Assembly (NCBI GenBank): GCA_964228555.1
Contig: CAXQZU010000045.1
Location: forward strand, 42,634 to 106,633
Source: Planctomycetota bacterium
GTDB lineage: Bacteria; Planctomycetota; PLA2; JAEUHO01
Length of the DNA: 64,000 bases
Reading direction: 5' to 3'
In this document: positions 1 to 8,728 of the stretch, piece by piece
How positions within the stretch are numbered: the first letter of the stretch is position 1
Layout of the letters: every line of letters begins with the position of its first letter
The notes under the pieces: generated by a model
Told to the model about the DNA's origin: nothing
Seen by the model: the letters and a program-made list of their open reading frames with translations, nothing else
Databases searched by the model: none
Position numbers and translations under genes: made by a program

Positions 1-396
1 CGAGCCGAACAGGTCGGCCGCCTCGAAGGTGGCCTCCAGGTCCACGCTCTCGACCGCCAGCCACGAGAAGCTGGCGTAGGGCGTGCCCTGCACGACCTCT
101 TGCACGATGCGCAGCTCGGCCGCCGTGACCGTGGCCCCGGCCGGGATGCCGGTGATCGGGAAGGTCACGATGGCGCGCGCCTCGTCGTTGTTGGGCAGGT
201 CGCCGACATACAGCGTGGGGCCGCCCGCCTGGAGGGCGCCTCCGCCCGTGGTGGAGCCCCAGCCCGAGCGCGTGATCGACGGGGGGATGTCCACGGTCAC
301 CGGCCCGGGGGGCGTGGTCGGCGTGGTCGAGCCACCACCGCCGCCACCACAGGCTGCGAGGACCAGCAGGGCGGGGGCGATCAGCAGGTGGCGCAT
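1..396 (-). CDS. secreted lipoprotein, N-terminal part (the gene runs off the left edge)
   Basis: Minus-strand ATG at 396 is preceded by GGAGA. Translation MRHLLIAPALLVLAACGGGGGGSTTPTTPPGP... has a signal peptide with a lipobox Cys. The frame stays open to position 1 with high GC3. Confidence 0.6.
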   Translation of the reverse strand, partial: MRHLLIAPALLVLAACGGGGGGSTTPTTPPGPVTVDIPPSITRSGWGSTTGGGALQAGGPTLYVGDLPNNDEARAIVTFPITGIPAGATVTAAELRIVQEVVQGTPYASFSWLAVESVDLEATFEAADLFGS

Positions 397-478
397 GGCG
401 GTCTCCAGGAGCATGGCCCCAGCCTATCAAGCCCTGCGGCCCACGCCGGGCCGTGCGCCAGCCACGCAGACGGCGCGG

Positions 479-2056
479 CTAGGCGCTGGCCGGCCGCTGC
501 GGCGGGGGGAACATGCGGTCGAGGGCCACGCGGTCTCCCTCCAGCGCCACGCGCTGCTGGTAGAGCGCCATGCCGCGGAACTGGCCCAGCTCCTCGCCGC
601 CCCCGGCGCGGCCGGGCCCGCCGTGCGTGGTGTGTGGCAGCACGGTGCCGGGGCCGGGGGCGTAGGGCGCCATGGCCTCGCTGCCCAGGTAGAGGCGGCC
701 GTGCCAGGGCCCGATGGCCACGGCCAGGTCGCGCACCCAGGCGCGCTCGTCGCTGAACACGCTGGCCACGAGGCTGCCCTCGCCCTTGCGCACCAGCGCT
801 GCCGCCTGTGCGACGCTGCCGTCGTAGGCCAGCAGGGTGCTCACCGGGCCGAACACCTCGTGCTCGTGCACGGCGCAGGCCTTGTGGCTGTCGCGCGCGC
901 GCAGCAGCACGGGCCCCAGGAAGAAGCCCTTGCCGGGCTCGGCGCCCACCAGCGCGGGCTCCTTGTCCGAGCCGAAGGCCCAGTCGCACTCGGCGGCGAG
1001 GCGAGCCAGCCCCTTGCGCGCGTCAGCCAGCTGCTGCGCGGTGGCCAGGGGGCCCATCGTGACCTTGTCGTCGGCCGGGTTGCCCACCACGGTGGCCGCG
1101 AGACGTGCCTTGAGCTCGTCCTCGACCTCCGCCATGCGGTCGGCGGGCACGAGGATGCGGCGGATGGCCGTGCACTTCTGGCCCGCCTTCTGCGTGATGT
1201 CGGTGGTGACGTCGCGCAGGAAGAGGTTCCATGCCTCGCTGCCGGGGCCCACGTCCGGGCCCAGCACGGCCGAGTTGAGGCTGTCGGCCTCCACGTTCAC
1301 GCGCACGCTCTGGCGCAGCAGGCGCTCCTTGCTGCGCAGCAGGTAGCCGGTGTCGGCCGAGCCCGTGAAGGCCAGCACGTCCTGCGGGCCCAGGTGCTCC
1401 AGCAGGTCGCCGGCGCTGCCGCACAGCAGCGTGAGCGCGCCCTCGGGCAGCACCTTGGCCTCCACGAGGATGCGTGCCACGCGCTCGGCCACCAGCGCCG
1501 TCGCCGTGGCGGGCTTGCTCACCACGGGCATGCCGGCCAGCCACGCCAGCGCGGCCTTCTCGGCCAGGCCCCATGCCGGGAAGTTGAACGCGTTGATGTG
1601 CACGGCCACGCCGTGGCGCGGCAGCAGCACGTGCTGCGCCCACATGCGGGCCGAGCGGCCCAGCTGCAGGCCCTCGCCGTCCAGCATGACCTGCGTCTCG
1701 CCCAGGCGCGCGGCCCACTCGGCGTAGGCGGCCAGCGTGCCGGTGGCCCCGTCGAGGTCGAACTTGGCGTCCTTGCGCGTGTTGCCTCCGTTCAGGATGG
1801 CCAGCTCGATGAGCGCATCGCGCTGCGCGTGGATGGCCTTGCTGGCCGCCATGAGGATCTGCCCCCGCTGCGCGAAGGTGAGCGCGCGCAGGGCCGGCCC
1901 GCCCACGTCGCGTGCGTGGGCCAGCGCCGCGCGCATGTCCACGCCGCCCGTGCCCGTGCGCGCAAGCGGTGCGCCGGTGGTGGGGTTGGCCAGCGTGGCC
2001 AGCGTGCCGGTGCCCGGCTGCCAGCGACCCTGCACGTAGTTCTCGAGCGTCTGCAT
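479..2056 (-). CDS. aldehyde dehydrogenase family protein, PaaZ/PaaN-like (3,4-dehydroadipyl-CoA semialdehyde dehydrogenase-like)
   Basis: 525-aa ORF with ALDH hallmarks: catalytic Cys context [13 protein letters not shown], general-base context VNVEADSLN and NAD-binding FTGSADTG. N-terminus [12 protein letters not shown] resembles PaaZ-type enzymes. Confidence 0.7.
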   Translation of the reverse strand: MQTLENYVQGRWQPGTGTLATLANPTTGAPLARTGTGGVDMRAALAHARDVGGPALRALTFAQRGQILMAASKAIHAQRDALIELAILNGGNTRKDAKFDLDGATGTLAAYAEWAARLGETQVMLDGEGLQLGRSARMWAQHVLLPRHGVAVHINAFNFPAWGLAEKAALAWLAGMPVVSKPATATALVAERVARILVEAKVLPEGALTLLCGSAGDLLEHLGPQDVLAFTGSADTGYLLRSKERLLRQSVRVNVEADSLNSAVLGPDVGPGSEAWNLFLRDVTTDITQKAGQKCTAIRRILVPADRMAEVEDELKARLAATVVGNPADDKVTMGPLATAQQLADARKGLARLAAECDWAFGSDKEPALVGAEPGKGFFLGPVLLRARDSHKACAVHEHEVFGPVSTLLAYDGSVAQAAALVRKGEGSLVASVFSDERAWVRDLAVAIGPWHGRLYLGSEAMAPYAPGPGTVLPHTTHGGPGRAGGGEELGQFRGMALYQQRVALEGDRVALDRMFPPPQRPASA

Positions 2057-2165
2057 GGGGGACTCCGCGTGGGGCGCGTGAGCCTACGCGATCCCAGCCG
2101 CCGCGGGCATCCCCGTGCCGGGCGGACGCACGCGGCGCCGGGCCTCGGGCGCTCCCGCGCGGCGC

Positions 2166-3467
2166 TCAGCGCGCACGGGAGGCGACGAGGCGCCGGTGGC
2201 GCAAGGGGGCCTGCAGCGCCAGCAGCGCCAGCGCGGTGGCCATGACCCGCCCGCCCGACTGGCGCTCGTAGGTGCCCTCGGGCGGCCAGGAGCCGCGCGC
2301 GCAGCCTTGCGCCTCTTGCGCGGGCAGCAGCGCCGCGCGCAGCGCGGCCCACCAGTGGGTCCATGCGGCGCCGCCCCGCTGGAAGGTGCCCACGGTCCCG
2401 TACCACCACGCGTACACGGACAGGTGTCCCACCTGCACGCGCACGCGTCCACGTCCGGGCACCTGCATCGCGCGGAAGCCCACCTTCCAGGCCGGCGGCC
2501 GGTCGTGGAGCAGGCGCAGGTGGCTGCCGTGGCGTGACGATGCCGTGCCCACCTCGAGCAGCTCGCGCAGCGCCACCGCCGCGTGGGCGTTGTCGCGCGT
2601 GGGCGTGTAGCCGTAGGCGCGCCCGTCCAGCAAGTAGGCGAGGCGGCCCTCCTCCTCCTCGAGCGTGCCCAGCCACGCCTCCACGCGCGGTGCGAGGTCG
2701 TCCGGGAGCGTGGCCCCTGCGTCGCGAGCCGCCAGCAGGGCGGGCACGACGAGCGCGGTGGTGGGCACGTCGCTGCCGCGCCGCATGGGGGCCGCATAGC
2801 CCCACGCGCCGTCGGGCTGGCGTCGTGCGAGCAGTGCCTCGCAGAGGCGCGCGATGGCGGGGGTGAAGCGCCCGCGCGCTTCCAGCACCTCCGCCTCGGC
2901 CAGCGCCTCCAGTGCCAGCGGCTGGCCCCAGGGCCCCGCTGCGGACGCCAGCCGCGCGAGGCCCCGCTCGAGCGCACGTGCCGCGGGCGTGTCGGTTCCG
3001 GGCAGGTGGCCCGCGCCCAGCAAGGCCAGGCAGCACATGGCCGAGATGGGCTCGTCGAAGGGGCACGGCACGTCCTCGCCGTGCTGGCCCCGGCCCGTGC
3101 CCGTGCAGGCCGTGCTGCCCGGCTCGCAGCGAGAGGGGAAGCCGTCGGCGTCCCACAGGCCGTCCTCGCCTTGGTGGCGCAGCAGCCAATCCACGCCCCG
3201 GCCGATGGCCGCCAGCGCCTCGGGCGTGCCCCCGTGCCGCCGCCAGGCCTCGGCGCGTGCGGCCGCGTCCCGAGGTGCCACGAGGCGGGGCGCAGGGCGT
3301 GCCCCTGGCGCCGGCGCATCGCAGAGGGCTGGGCGCAGCCCGGGCAGCGCGCAGGCAGCGCCCAGCACCACCATCCGCGCCGCACGCGCCAAGGCGGGCA
3401 GGCGGGCGGGGGCCAGGCGGGGCCGGTGGGACTGCGGGCCTGCCGGCGGCGGCGTGGCAGGGAGCAT
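2166..3467 (-). CDS. prenyltransferase/squalene-cyclase-repeat (terpenoid cyclase fold) secreted protein
   Basis: Repeated Q-x-x-DG-x-W motifs (RHQGEDGLWDADG, RRQPDGAWGY) and an N-terminal hydrophobic segment. The true start may be the internal MVVLGAACALPG. Confidence 0.65.
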   Translation of the reverse strand: MLPATPPPAGPQSHRPRLAPARLPALARAARMVVLGAACALPGLRPALCDAPAPGARPAPRLVAPRDAAARAEAWRRHGGTPEALAAIGRGVDWLLRHQGEDGLWDADGFPSRCEPGSTACTGTGRGQHGEDVPCPFDEPISAMCCLALLGAGHLPGTDTPAARALERGLARLASAAGPWGQPLALEALAEAEVLEARGRFTPAIARLCEALLARRQPDGAWGYAAPMRRGSDVPTTALVVPALLAARDAGATLPDDLAPRVEAWLGTLEEEEGRLAYLLDGRAYGYTPTRDNAHAAVALRELLEVGTASSRHGSHLRLLHDRPPAWKVGFRAMQVPGRGRVRVQVGHLSVYAWWYGTVGTFQRGGAAWTHWWAALRAALLPAQEAQGCARGSWPPEGTYERQSGGRVMATALALLALQAPLRHRRLVASRAR

Positions 3468-3610
3468 GGCCCCATCCTAGGAGATGACACGCGAGGATCG
3501 TGTGAGACCCCGCGTCCAGGCTACCGTGCCTGCGTGGCCACCGGGGGGTCCGGTGCTGCGCACGGCACGGAGAGCCGTTCGCGCCACGCTGGAGACGGCT
3601 GCGGCCGGGA

Positions 3611-4240
3611 ATGAGCATGGACAAGCAGGAGATCGCCTCGAAGTACCTCGACTTCCTCTCGCAGGAGGGGTTCCGTCCCTCGGTGGACGAGGACGGGGAC
3701 GTCACCTTCCGTTACGAGGGTGGCTTCTACGGGATCCTGATCGATCCCAAGGACGTCAAGTACGTGCGCCTCGTGTTCCCCAACTTCTGGTCCATCGACA
3801 GCAAGGACGAGGGGGACCGCGCGTCGCGCGCGTGCGTCTACGCCACCGGCAAGACCAAGGTCGCCAAGGTCTACACGGTGCGCGACAACGTGTGGGCGGC
3901 CATCGAGCTGTTCTGCCCCAGCACGGAGGCGTTCCAGGCCGTGTTCCCGCGCTGCATGGGCGCGCTGCGCGCCTCGGTGAGCAACTTCCGCGAGTACATG
4001 ACGCTGGGTGACGAGGCGCAGGCGTGGCAGGAGATCGCCCCCGACGCCGCGCCCGGCGGCCCGCACGAGCCGGGCCTCGAGAGCGGTCCCAGCGATGGCG
4101 ACGACACCGGAGGCGGCGCCGACGACGCCTCCCACGAGGACCCGCCGCGCGAGGGACGCAGCCCGGATGGCACCGATCGCGGCGAGCCGGGCCCGGCAGG
4201 CCCCGAGGGCACGGACGGCGCAGGCCCCACGCAGGGCTGA
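3611..4240 (+). CDS. YbjN-like (putative sensory transduction regulator fold) protein with acidic Gly/Pro/Asp-rich tail
   Basis: 209-aa ORF. The N-terminal 130 aa (YLDFLSQEGFRPSVDEDGDVTFRYEGGFYGILID...) resemble the YbjN/T3SS-chaperone-like family. The C-terminus is low complexity. Confidence 0.55.
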   Translation: MSMDKQEIASKYLDFLSQEGFRPSVDEDGDVTFRYEGGFYGILIDPKDVKYVRLVFPNFWSIDSKDEGDRASRACVYATGKTKVAKVYTVRDNVWAAIELFCPSTEAFQAVFPRCMGALRASVSNFREYMTLGDEAQAWQEIAPDAAPGGPHEPGLESGPSDGDDTGGGADDASHEDPPREGRSPDGTDRGEPGPAGPEGTDGAGPTQG

Positions 4241-4305
4241 GCGGCCGGGCCGCGCGCGCACCTCCCGCGCCGGCGGGCGCTGGATGCGCGCCAGCGGGCG
4301 CTGGA

Positions 4306-4379
4306 TGGAGGTGCCGCCCGGAATTGAACCGGGATAGACGGATTTGCAATCCGTTGCCTAGCCATTCGGCCACGGCACC
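4306..4379 (-). tRNA. tRNA-Cys (GCA)
   Basis: Reverse complement reads GGTGCCGTGGCCGAATGGCTAGGCAACGGATTGCAAATCCGTCTATCCCGGTTCAATTCCGGGCGGCACCTCCA. It has a 7-bp acceptor stem, anticodon loop TTGCAAA, T-loop GGTTCAATTCC and an encoded CCA. Confidence 0.9.
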
Positions 4380-4539
4380 AACGCGCACCTCATTCAAGCA
4401 GGGACCGTGTGCCGGGCAAGCCCGTGCGGCGAGCCGTGGTGCAGGGCGGGATGGTGCAGCCCTGCACGGCGGCACGCGGCCTGCGGCGTCACGCCGCGCC
4501 GGGGCGCGCTGCGGTACAGTCCGCGCGCCGCGCGCGCGC

Positions 4540-4627
4540 GGGCGAGTGGCGGAACGGCAGACGCAGGGGTCTTAAAAGCCCCGGGGTGCAAGCCCAGTTG
4601 AGGGTTCGAGTCCCTCCTCGCCCACCA
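4540..4627 (+). tRNA. tRNA-Leu (UAA), class II with long variable arm
   Basis: Acceptor GGGCGAG pairs with CTCGCCC. It has anticodon loop CTTAAAA, a long variable arm (GGGGTGCAAGCCCAGT), T-arm GAGGGTTCGAGTCCCTC, discriminator A and an encoded CCA. Confidence 0.9.
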
Positions 4628-4713
4628 CCTGCAGTGCCGGCCACCTGGACTGCCGGCCAGATGGAGTTCCGGCGTCCCACGGCGCGAGCACGAGCCCGCA
4701 GCACCGCCGCGCC

Positions 4714-5793
4714 TCAGCGCGGCATCCACGACACCGTGACGTGCATGATCGTCCAGTAGGGGAAGGCGTCCTTGCCCAGCACCAGGTGGAATGCGGAGAG
4801 CGCGGGGTCGTTGCCGAAGCCGTAGGCCCACACCAGCGCAGCCGCCATCACGAGGCCCAGCAAGCCCAGGTGCAGCGTGTTGAAGCCGGCGGGCGTGCTG
4901 CGCATCCACGACCACGAGAAGGCCTGCGGCGGGGGGCTGGGGGCTGGGCGGCGGGCCTGCCCGGCCAGCACGAACACGTACCAGGCCGCGACGTGCAGGG
5001 TGACGATGGCGTAGGCGCGGCGGTTGACGAGGATGTCGAACAGCAGCACCGCCAGGATGCCGCCGTAGACGACGAGCATCGGGCGATGGGTGCGCAGGAA
5101 GGCGCGCAGCCCGCCCTCGTGGTGGCGCTCGATGCCCGCGCGCCAGCGCGCGAAGCCCAGCAGCACCAGCGCCAGCGGCAGCAGGCCGATCACGGGCACG
5201 AGCGACTCCGGCGCCCAGCCCAGCAGCTGGTCGGTGTAGCGGCGCGCGCCGCCGATCCGGAAGCCCGCGCCCACGCTGAACACCGCCAGCACCACGCCCA
5301 GCGCCAGCAGCGGGATGCCCAGCAGGTCGCGCCGCGTGCGCGCCGCGTCGCCGCCCCGGGGCAGGTCGCCGTTGGCCTCGTAGAAGAAGGCCTGGTCGCG
5401 GAACTCGTGCACGAGGAAGTAGGTGAAGAACAGGGCCTTGGGGATGGCGGCCTTCACGCCGCCTGCGTCGTCGAACATCCAGCACAGCCCGGCGCCCAGG
5501 GCCAGCAGCCCGGCCAGCCAGCCCCAGGAGGCGGGCCGCTGCATGGCGCGCGAGGTGCTCATGAACAGGATGGCGACGAGGAAGTGCGCGAGGCCCACCA
5601 TGCGCATGGGCGTCTCGGCGGGGTGGTAGACGAAGCCCGCCTCGCGCGAGGGCTGGCCGGCCGTCCGTTCCAGCCACTCGATGCCATGGAACAGCAGGAT
5701 GCTGGCCACGACGATGGCCAGGGCCCGCAGCCAGTTGCGCTCGGTCACCGTCAGGCCGCGCGCGGGCGGGGTGATGGCGAGGGCGGCCGTCAT
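4714..5793 (-). CDS. polytopic integral membrane protein of unknown function (about 8-9 TM, conserved His residues)
   Basis: Counted from the internal ATG (MTAALAITPP...) of ORF 4714..5904. It has multiple hydrophobic helices and motifs FLVHEFRD, TLHVAAWY and TIMHVTVSW. It is divergent from the SelW-like gene. Confidence 0.6.
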   Translation of the reverse strand: MTAALAITPPARGLTVTERNWLRALAIVVASILLFHGIEWLERTAGQPSREAGFVYHPAETPMRMVGLAHFLVAILFMSTSRAMQRPASWGWLAGLLALGAGLCWMFDDAGGVKAAIPKALFFTYFLVHEFRDQAFFYEANGDLPRGGDAARTRRDLLGIPLLALGVVLAVFSVGAGFRIGGARRYTDQLLGWAPESLVPVIGLLPLALVLLGFARWRAGIERHHEGGLRAFLRTHRPMLVVYGGILAVLLFDILVNRRAYAIVTLHVAAWYVFVLAGQARRPAPSPPPQAFSWSWMRSTPAGFNTLHLGLLGLVMAAALVWAYGFGNDPALSAFHLVLGKDAFPYWTIMHVTVSWMPR

Positions 5794-5878
5794 GGCGGCG
5801 AGGGTACACGCGGCGCACGCAACCGGGGCCCGGCTCGCGCGTCGTGGGGGTATGCTCGGCCTACCCCCCGGAGGCCCC

Positions 5879-6115
5879 ATGCGCATCCGCATCGAGTACT
5901 GCACCGCGTGAGGCTACGAGCCCAAGGCCGTCGGTCTGGCGGCCCTCCTGCTCGAGGAACTCAAGCGCAAGGTGAGCCTGCTGGAGCTGCAGCCTTCCAA
6001 GGGCGGCTGCTTCGAGGTCACGGTGGACGGCGACCTCGTCTACTCCAAGCTGGCCACGGGCGAGTTCCCGGACCCGCAGGCCGTCCTCGCGCAGGTGGCG
6101 TCGCGCGGGCGCTGA
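5879..6115 (+). CDS. selW: SelW/Rdx-family selenoprotein (UGA 5909-5911 read as selenocysteine)
   Basis: GGAGG lies 5 nt upstream of the ATG. Translation is MRIRIEYCTA-U-GYEPKAVGLAALLLEELKRKVSLLELQPSKGGCFEVTVDGDLVYSKLATGEFPDPQAVLAQVASRGR. It has a CxxU redox motif and the Rdx-family GG-FEV-V-G-LV-SK-G-FP block. GC3 stays high after the TGA and a SECIS-like hairpin follows. Confidence 0.8.
5926..5944 (+). promoter_or_regulatory. bacterial SECIS-like hairpin (upper stem and apical loop)
   Basis: GGCCGUC-GGUCU-GGCGGCC forms a 7-bp stem (one G-U pair) closing a GGUCU loop. It starts 15 nt after the in-frame UGA. A possible lower stem pairs GAGC with GCUC on either side. Confidence 0.6.
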
Positions 6116-6152
6116 GGCGCCCGCGGGCCGTGCCGGTGCGGGAGGTGTCGCG

Positions 6153-6518
6153 GTGCTAGGCCTCCGCGCATCCCGTCCCCTGCGGCCTTGGGCGATGGCC
6201 GGCCTCGTCGTGCTGGCCATCGGCCTGCTGCACCTGGGCCTCGCGCTGGTGCTCACGCGAGGGGCCCGCGCGGAGGTCGCTGCGCTGCGGGCGCGCTGGA
6301 CGGAGGCCGAGCTCGAGCAGGCCCGTGCGCCGGGGCCCGCACCCGAGTCGCTGGGCGCTGGCTACGCGGCCTGGATGAGGGCCCGCGACCTGCACGCCGA
6401 CGCGCAGCAGCTGGCCACGCGGCAGGGACATGTCCAGTGGCTGCAGGCTGCGCTGGCCGTGTCCTTCGCCGTGCAGGCCGTGGCGGTGGTGGCCCGGCTG
6501 GCCCGCGCGCCGCGCTGA
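6153..6518 (+). CDS. small hypothetical membrane protein
   Basis: 121-aa ORF with hydrophobic segments at both ends (MAGLVVLAIGLLHLGLALVL and LQAALAVSFAVQAVAVVA). It has no recognisable domain and the start is uncertain (GTG 6153 or ATG 6195). Confidence 0.4.
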   Translation: MLGLRASRPLRPWAMAGLVVLAIGLLHLGLALVLTRGARAEVAALRARWTEAELEQARAPGPAPESLGAGYAAWMRARDLHADAQQLATRQGHVQWLQAALAVSFAVQAVAVVARLARAPR

Positions 6519-6539
6519 GCGCGTGCGCCGCGCGCCCGC

Positions 6540-6899
6540 CTAGGCGGCGATGACGTGCCCCTCGAGGGGCACGCTGCCCGGGGCAGCCGCGGCCACGAAG
6601 CCGGCCACCTCTGCCACCAGCACGCCCTGCAGGCGCTCGAGGAAGGAGCGACGCGACTCCCAGTCCGTGAACTTGGCCTGCGCCTGGTTGCGGCGGCCGG
6701 CGTGCGGGTAGATCGGAACCTCGACCTCGGTGCTCTCGAAGAACTTGCCGGCGTCGTCCACGTAGTTCGTCGCGGACAGGCGCAGCACCAGCGGGCCGCC
6801 CAGCGCCTTGAGGCGGCTCACCTCGCTGCCCTCGTAGGTGATCTCCCAGCGCAGGAAGTGCGTGGTCGTGTCGTCGTGCAGGGTGACGTCGGCGTGCAT
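6540..6899 (-). CDS. hypothetical protein
   Basis: Counted from the internal ATG (MHADVTLHDDTTTHFLRWEITYEG...) of ORF 6540..6998. Amino-acid composition is balanced, unlike the antisense frames. No family was recognised. Confidence 0.5.
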   Translation of the reverse strand: MHADVTLHDDTTTHFLRWEITYEGSEVSRLKALGGPLVLRLSATNYVDDAGKFFESTEVEVPIYPHAGRRNQAQAKFTDWESRRSFLERLQGVLVAEVAGFVAAAAPGSVPLEGHVIAA

Positions 6900-6948
6900 G
6901 CGCGTCACCTTACGCGATGGGCCTGCGAGGCCAAGCCGTGCGGGCGGG

Positions 6949-8244
6949 CTAGAGGCATCCACCCTGCGGGTCGCCGGTCTTGCGCGCGCGCTCGGCAATC
7001 ACGGCCTTGCGACGCTTGGCGCCCTCCCGTTGCTCCGTCCGCCAGGCCTCGCCCTTGGCCTGCCACGCGGCCATCTCGGCCTCGCTGGCCGGCGGCTGGT
7101 CGGGAGGCACCGGGCCCCCGGCGCGGGCGTGCGCATTGAGCATGTAGTCCAGCGTCGTGGGGCAGTCGGGATCCAGCGCGAAGGCCCGCTCGAAGGCGGC
7201 CAGCGCTTCCAGCGGGCGGTCCTTCTCCTCGTAGGCCAGCACGCCCAGCCAGAAGGGGCCCAGCGCGTCGCGCGGCCACAGCGTGCAGAAGCGCTCCAGC
7301 TCGGCCTGCGCCTCCCTCACGAGCGCTTCCCGCTCCGGCCCGGGGGCCATGCGCCCGGCCTTGAGGCGCAGGCAGTTGCCCAGGCGCAGCCGGGCGCGGC
7401 CGAGGTCGGCCAGCATCTCGGGCCGGTCGTTCCAGCCCTCCTGGAGGCGCAAGGACTGCCGGTAGAGCACGATGGCCTCGTCGTAGTTGAACAGCTGGGC
7501 CACCATCAGGCCCAGGTGGTAGGGCCAGGCCGGATGCTGCGGGTCCTCGGCGCACAGGGCGCGGAAGAGGTCGGCCGCCTCCTGGAAACGCTCGTCGCCG
7601 GCCAGCGTCATGCCGGCCAGCGCCCTTGCGCGCCGGGCGCGCGCCAGCTTGCCTGCGCGCCGTGCCAGCGCCTCGGCGGCCTGCTGCAGCCGCAGGGCCT
7701 CGGCGTGGCGGTCCTCGACCACCAGCATCGCCGCGTGCCCCAGCAGGGCCTCGTAGTAGAGGAGGTCACGCTGCTCCACGTGCAGGCCGGGCTCCAGCGC
7801 CTGCATGCGCTCCAGCGAACGCACCGCCTGGTCGGGCCGCCCGGTCAACCGCACCTCGAGCACGGCGCGCAGGTAGTGGAGGCGCGGGTCCCGCTCGCCC
7901 AGCCGGGTGAGCGCGGCGTAGCGCTCGAGCCAGTGCAGGCCGCGGTCCACGTTGCCGGCGAAGGCCGCGAGCAGCACGCCGCGCCCGGCGACGTCGAGGT
8001 TGTCAGGGCACAGGTCGCCTGCGCGATCCAGCAGGGCCAGCCCGCGCACGGCGATGCCCTGCGCCTTGGCGTCCTGGCCGAAGCGCGCGGCCTGCTCGGC
8101 CTCCGTCAGCAGGCCCTGCGCCTGCTCCAGGAGGGGCAGGCAGGCCGCGTCGTCCGCCCGGGCCGGGGGCGCCCACGGGCCGGCCAGCACGGCGGCCACG
8201 GCCGTACACAGGACCCAGCGCAAGGAGGCGGGGAGCACGCGCAC
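6949..8244 (-). CDS. secreted TPR-repeat protein
   Basis: It has a signal peptide (MRVLPASLRWVLCTAVAAVLAGPWAPPARA). TPR-like helical repeats run throughout (AEALRLQQAAEALARR, YHLGLMVAQLFNYDEAIVLYRQSLRL...). Confidence 0.75.
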   Translation of the reverse strand: MRVLPASLRWVLCTAVAAVLAGPWAPPARADDAACLPLLEQAQGLLTEAEQAARFGQDAKAQGIAVRGLALLDRAGDLCPDNLDVAGRGVLLAAFAGNVDRGLHWLERYAALTRLGERDPRLHYLRAVLEVRLTGRPDQAVRSLERMQALEPGLHVEQRDLLYYEALLGHAAMLVVEDRHAEALRLQQAAEALARRAGKLARARRARALAGMTLAGDERFQEAADLFRALCAEDPQHPAWPYHLGLMVAQLFNYDEAIVLYRQSLRLQEGWNDRPEMLADLGRARLRLGNCLRLKAGRMAPGPEREALVREAQAELERFCTLWPRDALGPFWLGVLAYEEKDRPLEALAAFERAFALDPDCPTTLDYMLNAHARAGGPVPPDQPPASEAEMAAWQAKGEAWRTEQREGAKRRKAVIAERARKTGDPQGGCL

Positions 8245-8381
8245 GCCCGGATGCTACGCGCCGGCGCCCGCCCGGGGCCGGCCCGCCGGGGTCGGGAACC
8301 GCGCGCAGGCAGGGTGCGTCGGCGTCGGGCCCTAGGTCCGGGATGCGGCCACCGAGGGCACGCCCCGCGTCCAGGGGCTGG

Positions 8382-8397
8382 CGTGCGCTTCCGCACG
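8382..8397. promoter_or_regulatory. inverted repeat CGTGCG-N4-CGCACG, candidate enhancer (UAS) site
   Basis: A perfect 6-4-6 inverted repeat lies about 95-110 bp upstream of the sigma54 -24 element. An AT-rich island sits between the two. Confidence 0.3.
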
Positions 8398-8489
8398 TCC
8401 GCCGGGCCGACCTGCGGGTGCTTCGTCCGATAAGAAAACGCAAGTTGTTGTAATAAATAGACTTACGATCATCCATGGACACAGATGGG

Positions 8490-8506
8490 TGGCACGGTCC
8501 GTGCAT
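8490..8506 (+). promoter_or_regulatory. sigma54 (-24/-12) promoter candidate
   Basis: TGGCACGGTCCGTGCAT compares with consensus TGGCACG-N4-TTGCW. The GG-to-GC spacing is exact and there is one mismatch in the -12 box. It lies in a 484-bp intergenic region just downstream of the most AT-rich stretch in the window. A GAFTGA-type activator is encoded at 41109..42488. Confidence 0.55.
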
Positions 8507-8728
8507 CCACGCCCCCGGCACCCCGTGCGGGCTGCGCGCGGGCCTCCGCCAGCGCGCAGCCCGCCCCGGCCTGCCCGGCGTGCGGCCGCAAGGCTGCGAC
8601 CGGCTCTTGGACCGCTTCGGCTTGCGACTGGCGCCCGGCTTCCCTATAACCACGGCGTTGGCGCAGGCACCCCCGACCCCGGGGGCCCCCGTACGTCCAG
8701 CCTTCCCGGGCTGGCGAGGAGTTCTGGC

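Noticed and set aside
83-2245. 720-aa plus-strand ORF covering the aldehyde dehydrogenase gene
   Set aside because: It is antisense to a well-supported ALDH gene. The product is Ala/Arg/Gly/His-rich low complexity with no motif. Stop-poor antisense frames like this are expected in very GC-rich DNA.
4628-4713. Direct repeat TGCCGGCCA x2 after tRNA-Leu, considered as an integration-site (att) scar
   Set aside because: It is very short and GC-rich, and no integrase or foreign-looking DNA lies adjacent. It is more simply a weak hairpin (GCCGGC is self-complementary) after the tRNA.
8489-8728. N-terminal 80-codon extension of the lipoprotein ORF
   Set aside because: The extension is Arg/Pro-rich with no signal peptide. 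The internal ATG 8729 has an RBS and is directly followed by a signal peptide and lipobox. The region is better explained as a sigma54 promoter plus leader.
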